DNA of 64,000 nt from an uncultured bacterium (lineage in GTDB: Bacteria > Omnitrophota > Omnitrophia > Omnitrophales > Abzuiibacteriaceae): assembly GCA_964387845.1 (NCBI GenBank), contig CAYLXA010000003.1, positions 32,001 to 96,000 of the forward strand, written 5' to 3'. A program made the position numbers and the translations under genes. The notes under the pieces were generated by a model, which did not search any database, was not told the DNA's origin, and saw only the letters and a list, made by a program, of their open reading frames with translations. Each line of letters opens with the position of its first letter. Position 1 is the first letter of the stretch. This document shows positions 63,277 to 64,000 of the stretch, piece by piece.

Positions 63277-63358
63277 AATCAAATTCAAAATCTAAATTTC
63301 AAATATCAAAACTGAAAATACGGTTGTTTTGAATTTTGATATTTGAGATTTGAAATTA
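63277..63358. repeat. AT-rich palindromic repeat, family B copy 3
   Basis: aatttcaaatatcaaaac-N-gttttgaattttgatatttgagatttgaaatt, near-perfect about 30-nt arms. Confidence 0.75.
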
Positions 63359-63754
63359 AACCGCAGGTTTTAAAAGCCGTTCGACTTCTTCGAGTAAAAC
63401 AGAAGTGTTAACCGGTTTTGGGATCAAAGAATACGGTGCGCTTTCCATTTGACGCGCAAAGGTTGGCGGAATTCCTTCTCCGAGTGCGGTAAAGAAAATA
63501 ACGGGGATTTTCGCCGTCGGTTTCTTAGATCTCAGGTCTTCATAGACGCTGACACCATCGAGATCCGGTAGAATAATATCGAGCATCACGAGATTAGGTT
63601 TGAATTGTTCGACCAATTTAAGCGCCGTACTTCCGGAATCTGCATCCTGAACTTCATAGCCGGAATCGCGGAGAAAATCCGCAAGCATGTCTCGGATGTC
63701 TTTTTCATCGTCGACAACGAGAATTTTAATTTGATTTTTTTTGGAAGACAGCAT
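63356..63754 (-). CDS. Stand-alone response-regulator receiver (CheY-like) protein
   Basis: 132 aa; ILVVDDEKDIRDML...MLDIILPDLDG...K with conserved acidic pocket. Confidence 0.85.
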   Translation of the reverse strand: MLSSKKNQIKILVVDDEKDIRDMLADFLRDSGYEVQDADSGSTALKLVEQFKPNLVMLDIILPDLDGVSVYEDLRSKKPTAKIPVIFFTALGEGIPPTFARQMESAPYSLIPKPVNTSVLLEEVERLLKPAV

Positions 63755-64000
63755 TTATTTGGGCAGATGTTTTGAAATCGTTTTCCACAAACTCGATAAA
63801 TCGGATGATTTCACAACGTAATCCTGGATACCTTCTACATTAAACAAATCGCGCATTGGTTCATAAGAAGTTAAAACAATGACGGGAATTGTTTTGGTTT
63901 TGTCGTCATGCTTAAGCTCTCGGACAAACAAATAGCCGTCCATGCGCGGCATTTTGATATCAACCATGATTAAATCCGGCAGGATCGCCTTTGCTTTTTC
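63755..64000 (-). CDS. Response-regulator receiver domain protein, 3' part (gene start lies beyond window end)
   Basis: Reading frame continues upstream of the listed Met (EKAKAILPDLIMVDIKMPRMDGY...); REC motif. Confidence 0.7.
   Translation of the reverse strand, partial: EKAKAILPDLIMVDIKMPRMDGYLFVRELKHDDKTKTIPVIVLTSYEPMRDLFNVEGIQDYVVKSSDLSSLWKTISKHLPK

Noticed and set aside
28100-63360. Possible CRISPR array suggested by recurring palindromic repeats
   Set aside because: The repeats are individually palindromic hairpins scattered singly in intergenic spacers tens of kb apart. They are not regularly spaced direct repeats with unique spacers, and there are no cas genes in the window.
1-64000. 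Prophage, integrase, transposase or toxin-antitoxin content
   Set aside because: No recombinase, transposase DDE, phage structural or TA-like motifs were recognised. The only mobile-like signal is the repeat-flanked 4HB cassette.

Overview
This is a 64 kb bacterial chromosomal window at roughly 45-50% GC. It is coding-dense, almost all genes are on the minus strand, and there are no rRNA, tRNA or CRISPR features.

Genes recognisable from their motifs:
- A type IV pilus / type II secretion-like assembly operon with pilC (partial), pilB, pilQ, a PilM-PilN fusion and PilO- and PilP-like genes.
- glmS.
- A FliA/WhiG-family sigma factor with an FlgM-like partner.
- accA, an L,D-transpeptidase, and ComM/YifB.
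- An Arn-like amino-sugar lipid-carrier cluster with DegT-type aminotransferase, WecD-like GNAT, a GT2 and a GT-C transferase.
- nuoA-I, with nuoJ-N absent from the window.
- A split transketolase.
- An M24 aminopeptidase, a PilZ protein, an MqnA/MqnD-family protein, a GH1 beta-glucosidase, plsC and two receiver-domain (REC) proteins.

The standout is a single uninterrupted 16,512-nt ORF (42732..59243, minus strand, 5,503 aa). It has a signal-anchor N-terminus and internal modules that look like a HExxH metalloprotease, a PEP-utilising (Enzyme I / PPDK-like) phospho-histidine and TIM-barrel unit, and an L-asparaginase/glutaminase. It is punctuated nine times by a conserved [RK]SELR pentapeptide that is encoded with different codons, so the conservation is at the peptide level.

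Four families of palindromic intergenic repeats are present. One of them is split around a four-helix-bundle (23S-IVS-type) gene that sits exactly in its loop, inside the pilus operon between pilB and pilC.

The PilB ATPase carries two tandem MshEN-type c-di-GMP-binding motifs.

The giant gene together with pili is reminiscent of what has been reported for some uncultivated small-cell lineages such as Omnitrophota. This is inference only. All calls rest on motif recognition by eye; no searches were run.
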